Shown here: positions 35,882 to 45,464 of the stretch, piece after piece | Position numbering within the stretch: position 1 is the stretch's first letter | Layout: each line of letters begins with the position of its first letter | IMG/VR virus record: IMGVR_UViG_3300031413_000001 | DNA: 64,000 bases | DNA from: a virus | Taxonomy: Duplodnaviria > Heunggongvirae > Uroviricota > Caudoviricetes | Direction: 5' to 3' (one strand) | Position numbers and translations under genes: made by a program | Notes under the pieces: model-generated | What the model saw: only the letters and a program-made list of their open reading frames with translations | Database searches by the model: none | Told to the model about the DNA's origin: nothing

Positions 35882-37987
35882 ATGGCACAGCTACGCGCAA
35901 AGCAGATGAAACTCGTCGCCCAAGACGATCTGCTGATTGGTGGCGCTGGCGGCAATGGTGCTGTTCTCAGCAAGGGTACGGCTGGTCAGGTCCTCAAGGT
36001 CCTAGCTGGTGGAGCTCTTGGTTATGAGAAGGTCATTGCTGCTGACACCACATTCGCAGACGCTTCCTTTACTGCTACCAACGTCGCTGCGGCGCTGATT
36101 GAAGCAAAGAAGGCAGCAACCGACGAGGCAACTCGTGCAACTGCCAAGGAAGGCGCACTACAGACCGAGTTGGACGCAACTCAGACTGGCGCAGGACTTG
36201 GTGCAGACGGCACGTATGTTGCCGACGCAACCACCGAATACCTGAAGACTGCAACTTCGCTCAAGGGCGCAGACAAGATGCTGGACACGGCAATCAAGTC
36301 GGTCAAGGATCAGGTTGATGCACTGGGTTCGGGTTCGATCACCAGCTTGCAGGCAGAAGTTGATGCCCTTGAGGCCGCTGTGGGTACCAACCCAGACGGC
36401 ACCTACAAGCCAAGCACCAACGCTGTTATCTCGGCAGCAACTTCGGTTCTGAACGCCGACGAACTGTTGGCCGCAGCTATCACGTCCGAGGCAGCAACTG
36501 CCCGTGCCGCTGAAGGTGCAAACGCAACGGCAATTGGTGCTGAAACAACTCGCGCAACTGGCGTTGAGGGTGTTCTCCGTACTGATGTTGATGCAGCACA
36601 GGCAGATGCCGATGCAGCAAACGCCGCAGTGGCAGCAGAAACCACTCGTGCAACTGGTGCTGAGGGAACGCTTCGCACTGACCTGGCATCGGAAGTTACC
36701 CGTGCAACTGGTCGTGAAGATGCAATCGAAGACGCTGTGGATGCAGAAGTTCTTCGTGCAACGGCCGCAGAAGGCGATCTTGCCCAGGACATCGCAGACG
36801 AGGCAACTCGCGCAACGGCTGTCGAGGGTGGAATCCAGAGCGAGCTAGACGCAACGCAGGCTGGTGCAGGTCTTGGTGCAACTGGTGCTTACGTGGCAGA
36901 AACCACGTCTAACTACATCAACGGTGCAACCACGCTCAAGGGCGCGGACATGCTCCTCGATGCAGCGATCAAGGCACTCGACAATGCAACTGATACCCGT
37001 CTTGACGACCTGGAAGCAAAGACCGGCACTTCGACCGATCTGATCCAGGCTGAGATTGACGCAATCGAAACCGCTGTTGGCCTGAACGCTGATGGCACGT
37101 TTGCTCCAATCACTGGTTCCAACTACCTCAACGATGCGGCTACCTTCCGTGCAGCTGACTTGGTCCTGGACACACAGGTAAAGGCAGTCAACGACCGCGT
37201 TACGGCACTTGGTGCGGCATTCAACTATGTTGGTACCGTTGCTGGTGGTGAGAACACTGGTGCAGCTTATGACCTCAACACTCTACCAGACGGCGGACGT
37301 GATGCTGGTGACTACTATAAGGTTGCAACTGCTGGTTACTTCAAGGTTGGCGCTGGTGCTCCATTCTACGTTAACGTCAACGATGGTCTGGTCTGGAACA
37401 AGACTGGTTCGGTTGATGTCATCGACAACACCAATGCAAACGTTCTGGCTGGCACCAACATCGCAGTGACCGGTTCGGCCGACACTGGCTTCACTGTTGC
37501 ACTCGCTGGCATCGTGCCAACGACCAACGGTGGTACTGGTAAGGCAGCTCTCGAGAGCGTGACTGCTGGCAGCGCGGAAATCGTGCTTTCGGCTGGTGCA
37601 GCAAACTCGGTAGTGAACGCGTTCACGGTTTCGTTGGATTCGACCAAGGTTGATTTCCAGACGCTGAAGAACGTTAATGCTCCAGGCGCAGCACAGGTTG
37701 GCAAGTTCCTCAAGTGGACTGCAACTGGTCTTGCATACGTTTCGGCAGCAGAAGTTGGTTCGACCGTTCGCGCGGAAGAGGACTTCGCTCCTGCAACGGC
37801 AGCAAACGCTTCGGTTACTCTGGCACACACCCCAACGGGCGACGTGGCAGTTTACATCAACGGCGTCAAGCTCAAGAAGGCTGGTTACACGATTGCTGGT
37901 ACGACTGTTTCGATGGTTGACTCGGCAAACGGCTACGGCGTTGATCTGGGCGACACTGTTAGCGTCAGCTACCAGTACGCTGCTTAA
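35882..37987 (+). CDS. coiled-coil fibre (whisker or tail fibre)-like protein
   Basis: E(T/A)TRAT(G/A)(A/V)E repeats; repeated ELDATQ.GAGL...G.Y...A..L..AD..LD..IK units; VYINGVKL C-terminal module. Confidence 0.75.
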   Translation: MAQLRAKQMKLVAQDDLLIGGAGGNGAVLSKGTAGQVLKVLAGGALGYEKVIAADTTFADASFTATNVAAALIEAKKAATDEATRATAKEGALQTELDATQTGAGLGADGTYVADATTEYLKTATSLKGADKMLDTAIKSVKDQVDALGSGSITSLQAEVDALEAAVGTNPDGTYKPSTNAVISAATSVLNADELLAAAITSEAATARAAEGANATAIGAETTRATGVEGVLRTDVDAAQADADAANAAVAAETTRATGAEGTLRTDLASEVTRATGREDAIEDAVDAEVLRATAAEGDLAQDIADEATRATAVEGGIQSELDATQAGAGLGATGAYVAETTSNYINGATTLKGADMLLDAAIKALDNATDTRLDDLEAKTGTSTDLIQAEIDAIETAVGLNADGTFAPITGSNYLNDAATFRAADLVLDTQVKAVNDRVTALGAAFNYVGTVAGGENTGAAYDLNTLPDGGRDAGDYYKVATAGYFKVGAGAPFYVNVNDGLVWNKTGSVDVIDNTNANVLAGTNIAVTGSADTGFTVALAGIVPTTNGGTGKAALESVTAGSAEIVLSAGAANSVVNAFTVSLDSTKVDFQTLKNVNAPGAAQVGKFLKWTATGLAYVSAAEVGSTVRAEEDFAPATAANASVTLAHTPTGDVAVYINGVKLKKAGYTIAGTTVSMVDSANGYGVDLGDTVSVSYQYAA

Positions 37988-38079
37988 TATACGTGAGGTG
38001 AAAACCTCATAGATAGCGGTAAATAGGGCGTGGGAGGCAGATGCTTTCCACGCTCTATCCTTGAGTGGGAGATCGAACT

Positions 38080-38625
38080 ATGGCAAAAACAAAGGACGAC
38101 AACCTCGGTCACATCGACCAGACTGAGAGTTGGCTGAACAGGTCTTGGCGACCAGCAGCCGCGGTGGTGTACTTGATCATCTGTATGTTTGACTTTGTTC
38201 TTGCACCAGCCTTCATGGGCTTTAAGAGCAGCAACATTGCGATGATGTCACAGAGTCTCAAGGGACTGGATCCAGCCGTCGCGATTGCAATCATTCAAAA
38301 TAGGACTCCTTGGATTCCACTTACCATGCAGGGAAGTGGTTTGTTTCACGTGGCGTTTGGTGCCATCCTTGGTGTCGCGGCATGGACCCGTGGTAACGCT
38401 GCAATTGAGCAGATCAAGCAGACTGGTGAGAGTGATCGTTCACCCAACACTCCAATGATGGTTCCCACATATTATATTCCAGGATCCATGGGCGCACAGC
38501 CCATGCCTGGTGTTCCCCAGCAGCCAATGCCACAGATGCCTCCCATGCAGGTAAACGTGAACGCAACGGCCGCACAGGACTCTGCTTCCGTTGATAATCC
38601 AGACGCGGAGCCAGATAAGTATTAA
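38080..38625 (+). CDS. membrane protein, putative holin
   Basis: WLNRSWRPAAAVVYLIICMFDFV and FHVAFGAILGVAAWTRG TM segments. Confidence 0.55.
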   Translation: MAKTKDDNLGHIDQTESWLNRSWRPAAAVVYLIICMFDFVLAPAFMGFKSSNIAMMSQSLKGLDPAVAIAIIQNRTPWIPLTMQGSGLFHVAFGAILGVAAWTRGNAAIEQIKQTGESDRSPNTPMMVPTYYIPGSMGAQPMPGVPQQPMPQMPPMQVNVNATAAQDSASVDNPDAEPDKY

Positions 38626-38626
38626 T

Positions 38627-39232
38627 ATGACGGAAATTCCTCTTTACATACGACTGAAGACGAGTTCGCCTCTTCCCAAAGAGGAGGCGATCGCGTGGTA
38701 TCATACTGTTAAGAACCTCGCTCCCAGCGGCGTGCTGGCGAGCGTGCAGACTACTAATCCTCAGGGCGACCCCGATGTGGTCTTTATGGTCCATAAAGAA
38801 ACCAAAGGTGGAGTCCACTATTATGAAATTCCTCTGACCCGTGATCTCACCGAGAGTGAAACGGAAGTGATTGAAGAAGCATATCCCGAGGGCGAGATTG
38901 AAACAAGTTCTGAAGAAGTAAAAGCCGCGCGTCAAGGACCAGCTGACGCTGTTGTAATGGACGAGGACGATTACAACTCCCTTTGTGAAACGCTGGCTAA
39001 GCACCAACACCAACGCTGGTTTGAGGAGCGATCCCTTGCCGGTTGGTCATTTGGTCTAACGCTTAACGAGAGGAATAAGGTACATCCGCTGATGCGCCCC
39101 TGGGAACAACTACCTCAACAATATCGCAAGATTGACTACGAGCTGCCGCATCTCTTTATGAACATGCTGGCAGAGCAGGGTTTTGCCGTAGTAAGCCGCA
39201 AGGATCTTACCAAGTGGTTGAACAAGGGCTGA
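38627..39232 (+). CDS. RyR-domain protein
   Basis: LAKHQHQRW...GWSFG...KVHPLMRPWEQLP...KID matches the RyR repeat signature. Confidence 0.8.
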   Translation: MTEIPLYIRLKTSSPLPKEEAIAWYHTVKNLAPSGVLASVQTTNPQGDPDVVFMVHKETKGGVHYYEIPLTRDLTESETEVIEEAYPEGEIETSSEEVKAARQGPADAVVMDEDDYNSLCETLAKHQHQRWFEERSLAGWSFGLTLNERNKVHPLMRPWEQLPQQYRKIDYELPHLFMNMLAEQGFAVVSRKDLTKWLNKG

Positions 39233-39237
39233 GGGCG

Positions 39238-39639
39238 ATGTCAGGATCACTTGATATCGTCCTCCTCTTGATGGACCCCAAACAGGATCACCGCGCTGTG
39301 ATTCGAGACGCCTGGAACTCCGACAATGAGGAATTCTTCATTGGTCTGGACATGGCCATCAACCCCTCGCTGGAGTTTGGACTCGCGAAGGTTCCGGGTT
39401 TGCCCGATGACGACTTGGAGCCAGGCACACTTTCCTTTTCAGCTTTTTACAATTTGGCCATGACGCTTGCCAACCAGCATCCAACCAATGGTGCTGATCT
39501 GGTTGAAGAGGCCGCGCTAACGGCTAACGCGCAGGAATGGAATCTCTGGTATCGCAGGATCCTACTAAAGAGCCTTCACAAACATCTCCCCATGGAAGTC
39601 ATCCAGTCTGAGCTAATCCGCTTGACAACAGAGCAATAG
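39238..39639 (+). CDS. ATP-dependent phage DNA ligase N-terminal-domain-like fragment
   Basis: FFIGLDMAINPSLEFGLAKVP...WNLWYRRILLK resembles a phage ATP-ligase N-domain; no KxDG. Confidence 0.55.
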   Translation: MSGSLDIVLLLMDPKQDHRAVIRDAWNSDNEEFFIGLDMAINPSLEFGLAKVPGLPDDDLEPGTLSFSAFYNLAMTLANQHPTNGADLVEEAALTANAQEWNLWYRRILLKSLHKHLPMEVIQSELIRLTTEQ

Positions 39640-39680
39640 GTGCTAAGTCTGTTGTTATAGATCGGACATGAGGAGCACAG

Positions 39681-41690
39681 ATGAAGCGGGAACAGGCCAA
39701 CAACGTGGAGCAGGGAACGGTAGATCAGTTCGTTGCATCCGACGTCGCTCTCGAGATTCTCTCGGGCGATCGTGAGGCAACCGAACAGGACCTCGTATAT
39801 GTTCTGACCGAGGCATCCGATCTCTTCCACAACAGCGAGGATGGCAACAGCTTCATCACTGATCAGCAGTATGATGAACTGGAAAAGATGCTGAAGGTCC
39901 TGGCCCCCAGCAATCGGTTCCTCACCACGGTGGGTTCGGATGTTCGCGGTGGCAAGGTCGACCTTCCCCATCCCATGGGCTCACTCGATCAGTGCTATGA
40001 AGGCGAGACCATCGAGTGGGTCACGAAGAACGGCTGGCTCGATGAACTGTTCGTTGTTTCGGACAAACAGGACGGAACGTCGGCCCTCAACGTTCACACC
40101 AAGAACAAGCTGCAGATTTCCTACTCCCGTGGTAATGGCTACCAGGGCGCGGACATCACGCGTCATATGACGCGCATCAAAGCGGTCCCCACCAAGGCCA
40201 AGCTGAACGCAACGGTTCGTCTTGAGGTCATCATGGCCGACGACGTGTTCGCTGCAATGCGGACTCAGGCCGAGGCAGAGGGTGGTCGCGTATATAAGAA
40301 CGCCCGCAATTACGTTGCAGGTCGTATGAACGCCAGCGAGTCGCCGGACAGCTTCTACGACAACGTCAGTGTTATCGCTACTTCGGTGGTCGAGCCCAAG
40401 ATGGGCAAGCTGGAGCAGATCAAGCTTCTCGAGGAAGCTGGCTATCGGTGTTCCCCATACGTTGCGGTTCGTGGTCGTGAACTCACGGACGCATATCTGA
40501 CGGAGCGGCTCAATCGACGCCGCGCAGAAAGCCCAACGGCTCTCGATGGTCTGGTCATCGATCTCGATGATGCAACGATCCGCGCCAACTTGCGACGCAA
40601 TTCCAGCAGCCTCAATCCCATGTACTCGCGGAAGTTCAAGGTCGGCGGCGAAGACAACGTGGCGATCGCCGAGGTCGTGAAGGTTCACTGGAACCCCAGC
40701 AAGAGCGGCTACTTGAAGCCTCGCGTGGAGATCAAGCCGGTCGACCTCGTGGGTGTGACGATCACTTACGCGACGGGCTTCAACGCCAAGTTCATCAAGG
40801 AACGGTCGATCGGGCCGGGCGCCAAGATCCAGATCACTCGCAGCGGCGATGTCATCCCCTTCATCCAGAAGGTCGTGGAGCCGGCAGCAACCTGGCAGGA
40901 GCCCAGCGAGGCCGAGTTCGGCGAGCTCTGCTGGACCGAGGGCGACGTCGATCTCTTCCTGAAGGATCCCACGCAGAATCGACAGGTTCAGCTGGAAATC
41001 ATCAACAGCTTCTTTGGCTCGCAGGGCCTGGACGTTCCCCATCTTCGTGAGGGCAGCATCGAGAAGCTCTATGATGCAGGGCTGAAGACGCCGGCTTCCA
41101 TCATCCTGGCCGACGAGGCAACGCTCAAGGCAGGGGCCGGTGACAGCGCAGGCACCAAGATCTACAACGGGCTCAAGCTCAAGCTGGGCAACGTGGAACT
41201 GGGTATCCTCGCAGGCTCCAGCAACCTGATGGGCCGCGGCATCGGTCGCCGAAAGATGACCAAGCTGATCGAGGCAATGGGCAGCGACCCCGTGTTGGTG
41301 GCCTTCCCGGGTGTTCAGCTGGCCAAGGAAATCTCCGCCCTCGATGGCTTCGGCGATATCATCGCCCGCACGATCGTGGAAAACCTCGACACCTTCCGGG
41401 CGTTCCTGAAGGAAATCGACGGCCACTACACGCTGGTACAGCCCAAGGAAAAGGTCACCGGTGGTGATCTCGATGGCGTAACGGTCGTGTTCACGGGTAT
41501 CCGGGACAAGGATCTGGAGGCCAAGATTGAGGCACGTTCGGGTCGGATCGGCTCCTCGGTCAACAAGGACACCACGTACTTGGTGGCCAAGGATCCCGAC
41601 GGCAAGAGCAGCAAGCTGGTAAAGGCCGCTGATCTTATCGGACAGGAGAACATCATCTCCATCGCGAAGGCAAAGGAACTCTGGGGATAA
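39681..41690 (+). CDS. ligA: NAD-dependent DNA ligase
   Basis: ITDQQYDEL, HPMGSL, KQDG, SRGNG..G.DIT, DGLVI, RSGDVIP, C-terminal BRCT (VVFTG). Confidence 0.93.
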   Translation: MKREQANNVEQGTVDQFVASDVALEILSGDREATEQDLVYVLTEASDLFHNSEDGNSFITDQQYDELEKMLKVLAPSNRFLTTVGSDVRGGKVDLPHPMGSLDQCYEGETIEWVTKNGWLDELFVVSDKQDGTSALNVHTKNKLQISYSRGNGYQGADITRHMTRIKAVPTKAKLNATVRLEVIMADDVFAAMRTQAEAEGGRVYKNARNYVAGRMNASESPDSFYDNVSVIATSVVEPKMGKLEQIKLLEEAGYRCSPYVAVRGRELTDAYLTERLNRRRAESPTALDGLVIDLDDATIRANLRRNSSSLNPMYSRKFKVGGEDNVAIAEVVKVHWNPSKSGYLKPRVEIKPVDLVGVTITYATGFNAKFIKERSIGPGAKIQITRSGDVIPFIQKVVEPAATWQEPSEAEFGELCWTEGDVDLFLKDPTQNRQVQLEIINSFFGSQGLDVPHLREGSIEKLYDAGLKTPASIILADEATLKAGAGDSAGTKIYNGLKLKLGNVELGILAGSSNLMGRGIGRRKMTKLIEAMGSDPVLVAFPGVQLAKEISALDGFGDIIARTIVENLDTFRAFLKEIDGHYTLVQPKEKVTGGDLDGVTVVFTGIRDKDLEAKIEARSGRIGSSVNKDTTYLVAKDPDGKSSKLVKAADLIGQENIISIAKAKELWG

Positions 41691-41869
41691 TGCCCGACAG
41701 CGCAGTCAAGTGGATCTTTATCGCAATGATGTCACCAATGGCCTTCATGGCCATTGGTACAGCAGTGGAAGGTTATTCCAAAAACATGGCGAAGCGTGAC
41801 ATAATTGTTGCTTGTTATCAGGCAGGCAATAAGGATTGTGACAGGCTTTGGAACAAGGAGATCAAGTGA
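41690..41869 (+). CDS. 59-aa membrane protein (absent from the ORF track)
   Basis: TAATG and TGATG coupling on either side; MPDSAVKWIFIAMMSPMAFMAIG... Confidence 0.6.
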   Translation: MPDSAVKWIFIAMMSPMAFMAIGTAVEGYSKNMAKRDIIVACYQAGNKDCDRLWNKEIK

Positions 41870-42273
41870 TGAGCACCGGCGGTTTTAATCCCATTGCAGG
41901 CATTGGCCTGACCCCGCAGTTCCAGGACCCCGGCGAAAAGCGTTTCAGTTCCGCGGACTGCCTTCAGGCTCTGATGGACCGAATCAAGGACGAGCCCGAG
42001 TTGGTTCGAAACCAGTTCAACATCGTCTCCAAGGAAGAGTCCGGCGAGATGCACATGAAGTTCTGGCCGGCGATCTTCGACGCTGACAACTGGACCCGCA
42101 AGTCCACTCATCGCCCCACGCACAACGCGGAGGGTGAATCGCTCGGCGGCACCAATCGCGAAGTGCGGGAATACGAGAATGACTTCTGGCTCGACGAGCG
42201 GAAGTTTCTCGAGGGCACGGTGACCACCGAGTTCGGCGAAGTCATCGACGTCACGGTGGTTGCTCGCTGGTGA
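41869..42273 (+). CDS. hypothetical protein
   Basis: AGGAG RBS. Confidence 0.65.
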   Translation: MSTGGFNPIAGIGLTPQFQDPGEKRFSSADCLQALMDRIKDEPELVRNQFNIVSKEESGEMHMKFWPAIFDADNWTRKSTHRPTHNAEGESLGGTNREVREYENDFWLDERKFLEGTVTTEFGEVIDVTVVARW

Positions 42274-42494
42274 GCAAAGCCGAGAAGTACGACCGAACGC
42301 ACAAACTTCTCCAAGCCGGCCTTGAGGAGAAGTATTTTGGCGGTCAGGAAGTCACGGACCGGCTCCGGCACAAGCTGGACGTGATGTGGAAGCTCTCGGT
42401 GGAATCCACGATGGATTGGTCTGAATCCGTCAACGATGAAATCCAGGGAATCAAAGACTATTATGCAATCTTAGTTGACCTCGTGGTCACCTAA
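42270..42494 (+). CDS. hypothetical protein
   Basis: GTGA coupling. Confidence 0.55.
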   Translation: MSKAEKYDRTHKLLQAGLEEKYFGGQEVTDRLRHKLDVMWKLSVESTMDWSESVNDEIQGIKDYYAILVDLVVT

Positions 42495-42526
42495 GTTGTT
42501 GAAATGCGCGGGGTCGCGCACTAAGT

Positions 42527-43567
42527 ATGAGTATGAGTGATGCACCCCGCGTAGGATTCTGTTGCAAGTTTGAGACCTCCGACAAGGTCCTTGCAAAGAC
42601 CATGAACCAAGCGTCCACGACGCTTACCGCCCTCCGAAAGATGGCACCCAAAGAGGCATACGATAAGATCCATGGCCTCGTAACCCACAACGTCGCAACC
42701 CTTTACCGGCAGCTGGAATGGATCAGCCTCCAGCCCAAAGAGATGCGACTGTTTCGTATTGGCTCGGACTTTCTCCCCGCCTTTACGGTAACTGATCTGG
42801 AATGGATCTATCAGGACGCAGACATGAAGCGTCTGATCGAGGACGGCCTCCGGGACGTGCGAAAGACCGCTGATGCTTCGGGCATTCGTCTCTGCACCCA
42901 CCCCGGTCAGTTCACGATCCTTTGCAGCCAGAAGCCCACGGTGGTCGACAATGCAATCATCGACTTGAACTACCACGCCTACTTGGCAGAGCGTATGAGC
43001 TATGGCGACACCTACCATAGCAGCGGCTTTGCCATCAACATCCACGCCAACAACAATCTCGATCCTGGTCTGGTACAGCTCAAGGACGTGATCGCCAATC
43101 GTCTGAGCCCCACACTTCGGAATCTTCTGACCATTGAGAATGATGAGTTCGGTTGCTCCGTGGACGAGATCATCGCAGCCAAGCTGTATGATCACGTGGC
43201 GTTGGTTCTTGATATCCATCACCACTGGGTTGAGAGCAACGGCGAGTACATTCTACCAACCGATCCACGTATCGACTTTTACAAGGCAAGCTGGCACGGC
43301 ATTCGTCCGCTCAGCCACTTTTCAACTTCCAGCGAGGAGTTGCTAAATGGTGCTTGCTCTGTGACGCGACCAGACTTTATAGCACTTGGTACGGCTGGTC
43401 ACAAACCCAGCAAGCTACGGGCGCATTCTTATGGTTGCTGGAACGAAAGCAGCAATGAGTGGGCTCTAAGCCACTTGGTTTGGACTGACATTGAAGTCGA
43501 GGCGAAGGGAAAGCAAATTGCGTCACGGCAACTTTATGAACAAGCCAAAAGGACCGGTGTGGTATAA
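42527..43567 (+). CDS. uvsE: UV-damage endonuclease
   Basis: VGFCCK, LFRIGSD, HPGQF, TIENDE, LDIHHHW, EVEAK. Confidence 0.92.
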   Translation: MSMSDAPRVGFCCKFETSDKVLAKTMNQASTTLTALRKMAPKEAYDKIHGLVTHNVATLYRQLEWISLQPKEMRLFRIGSDFLPAFTVTDLEWIYQDADMKRLIEDGLRDVRKTADASGIRLCTHPGQFTILCSQKPTVVDNAIIDLNYHAYLAERMSYGDTYHSSGFAINIHANNNLDPGLVQLKDVIANRLSPTLRNLLTIENDEFGCSVDEIIAAKLYDHVALVLDIHHHWVESNGEYILPTDPRIDFYKASWHGIRPLSHFSTSSEELLNGACSVTRPDFIALGTAGHKPSKLRAHSYGCWNESSNEWALSHLVWTDIEVEAKGKQIASRQLYEQAKRTGVV

Positions 43568-43979
43568 GGAGCCGGTAAAGTGGCTATTTGAATCGCAGGA
43601 AGGCTACCTCCTGCTATTCATCCTAGTAGCCACTGCCCCGCTTTGCTGGGCCCTCTGGGAAGGCTTCCGTGACGCTTCGTTGGGGCGGGCAACCGTATTC
43701 CGAGGCAGCATCGGCATCGTAGGAGTCGCGGGCGCAATGTGGCTTCAGATGGGCAATCCACTTAACTGGTGGCAGCCCTTCTTTGGTCAGCAGATGACCG
43801 TCAACAAGGACAAGATCGCCCGGCGAGAACAGTCGGGTGAAACTGCCGGTGCAGTTCAGCAAGAGATCCGAGACTGGGTCAAGGAGATGGCCAAGAGCCG
43901 CTTCTATGAACTGAATCCCTACACGTACAAGTTCCTGAAAAAGGCTGATGCAGCGATGTTCAAGTTGGCCTGGGGCTGA
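43536..43979 (+). CDS. FKLxW-motif family protein with two N-terminal TM helices
   Basis: EIRDWVKE...YKFLKKADAAMFKLAWG. Confidence 0.75.
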   Translation: MNKPKGPVWYKEPVKWLFESQEGYLLLFILVATAPLCWALWEGFRDASLGRATVFRGSIGIVGVAGAMWLQMGNPLNWWQPFFGQQMTVNKDKIARREQSGETAGAVQQEIRDWVKEMAKSRFYELNPYTYKFLKKADAAMFKLAWG

Positions 43980-44230
43980 TGGACGACGCGCTGTCCTACC
44001 TGCTGAACTCCCGGACGGTCTTCTGGGAGGACATTGGGTTGCCCACCAGATCACAAATGGATACTCCGCTGACTTGCCATCTTCGGAATATGTGGGATAC
44101 CGACGTCAGTCCCTGGTTGCAGGAGTTCATCGTTCACGACTATCATGAGCACGGTGCAGGTGTTTGGTTTGCTGATCGAATGGATGCCATCCACTTTATG
44201 CTTGTGTGGAACCGACGGCTAAATCCATAG
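43979..44230 (+). CDS. FKLxW-motif family protein
   Basis: PWLQEF...VWFADRMDAIHFMLVW. Confidence 0.7.
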   Translation: MDDALSYLLNSRTVFWEDIGLPTRSQMDTPLTCHLRNMWDTDVSPWLQEFIVHDYHEHGAGVWFADRMDAIHFMLVWNRRLNP

Positions 44231-44267
44231 CAGGGTAAATACTGGGAAGCCCACTGGAGGTAACCCA

Positions 44268-45026
44268 ATGCCCAACACTATTTTTGAAGCCCTCGTAACC
44301 GAGGCACAGTTTCGCGTTGCCAAGCACGCTATTCTGGGAAACACAATCAATGAAGCGATCGAGGAAGTCTCGCGTGAAATGGAACTCGAAGAGTCCGAGA
44401 TCCGCGAACTATCGGAGCGCGTGAAGAAGCCACTCCCGGTCCAGGAAGACGATGAGTCGGAGCCCGAGTACCCTGTTGCAGGGGAGAACGGTGATGATAT
44501 CATTGAAGCTTCCCCGTCGTCCAGCGACACAATCTACTTCAATAGTGCCGATGAGCTCGAGACTGCCGTTGGCGTCCTGATGTACAAGGGCATTCCCTGG
44601 GTAACCAAGGGTGAAGACAACATCGTGTTCCAGGATAGCAGCTTCGTGGCCAAGGCCCATGATGCACTCAAGCGCCGCTGGGACTTTGTCAATCAGGATG
44701 AGCGCACGGTTGCCATCTTGGAGTTTGACAACTTGGACGACTACCAAAAGGTTCTGGATTTTATCGCCAGCAAGAACATGAGCGTTCTAAAGGGAACCAA
44801 CGATGAGCTAATGGGTGACCTGGATCAGGAACTCAGTGAGGCAGAAGCAGCCCACAAGCGCGCAGCCAAGGATGCCAAGGAAAGCGGACGTCCTGCTCCT
44901 GAGGCTCCCAGCCAGAGCATGAGCTATCGTGCCCTCCACAAGGACAAGCTCACTGATGTCTCGTCCCTTGATGCAGCCTATGATCGCACGTCGCGTTGTC
45001 TTCGAGTTGTCAAGCGTTGGAAATAA
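44268..45026 (+). CDS. acidic hypothetical protein
   Basis: GGAGG RBS; TAAATA upstream. Confidence 0.7.
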   Translation: MPNTIFEALVTEAQFRVAKHAILGNTINEAIEEVSREMELEESEIRELSERVKKPLPVQEDDESEPEYPVAGENGDDIIEASPSSSDTIYFNSADELETAVGVLMYKGIPWVTKGEDNIVFQDSSFVAKAHDALKRRWDFVNQDERTVAILEFDNLDDYQKVLDFIASKNMSVLKGTNDELMGDLDQELSEAEAAHKRAAKDAKESGRPAPEAPSQSMSYRALHKDKLTDVSSLDAAYDRTSRCLRVVKRWK

Positions 45027-45083
45027 TGACAAACGGGTACCAGGTTGTCCATAGTGGGTTAAGATATCCACTAGGAGAATGCA

Positions 45084-45341
45084 ATGACTACCCCAAATCT
45101 CAGCCAGGAAGACACCAAGAAGCTCAAGCGTGTCGTTGACGAGGGCCTGAAGATCATGCAAGAGGTCAGCGACCTCAAGGCTGGTTTCAAGGACGTCGTC
45201 AAGGCAGTTTCGGAAGAGCTTCAGCTGAAGCCCGCGCTGGTCAACCGTGCAATCACGGCAGCGTTCAAGGCCTCGCTGGAAGAGGACAAGGCAGCAATGG
45301 ACGAGGTCGAGGAAATCCTCGCAGCCGTCGGTCGCGCCTAA
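45084..45341 (+). CDS. small dsDNA-binding protein (T4 DsbA/GapR-like)
   Basis: KLKRVVDEG...DLKAGFKDVVKAVSEELQLKPALVNRAI helical pattern. Confidence 0.6.
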   Translation: MTTPNLSQEDTKKLKRVVDEGLKIMQEVSDLKAGFKDVVKAVSEELQLKPALVNRAITAAFKASLEEDKAAMDEVEEILAAVGRA

Positions 45342-45348
45342 CCAGACT

Positions 45349-45374
45349 AGGGGAGAGGAAACTCTCCCCTTTTC
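45349..45374 (+). terminator. intrinsic terminator
   Basis: GGGGAGAG-GAAA-CTCTCCCC-TTTT. Confidence 0.85.
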
Positions 45375-45464
45375 TATGTCAGAGTGTCCTGAATATTGGC
45401 TCCATGATTGTTCTGGTGCTACGGTAAATATGCACCCTACAGTAAGAACATAAGGAGAATCTGT

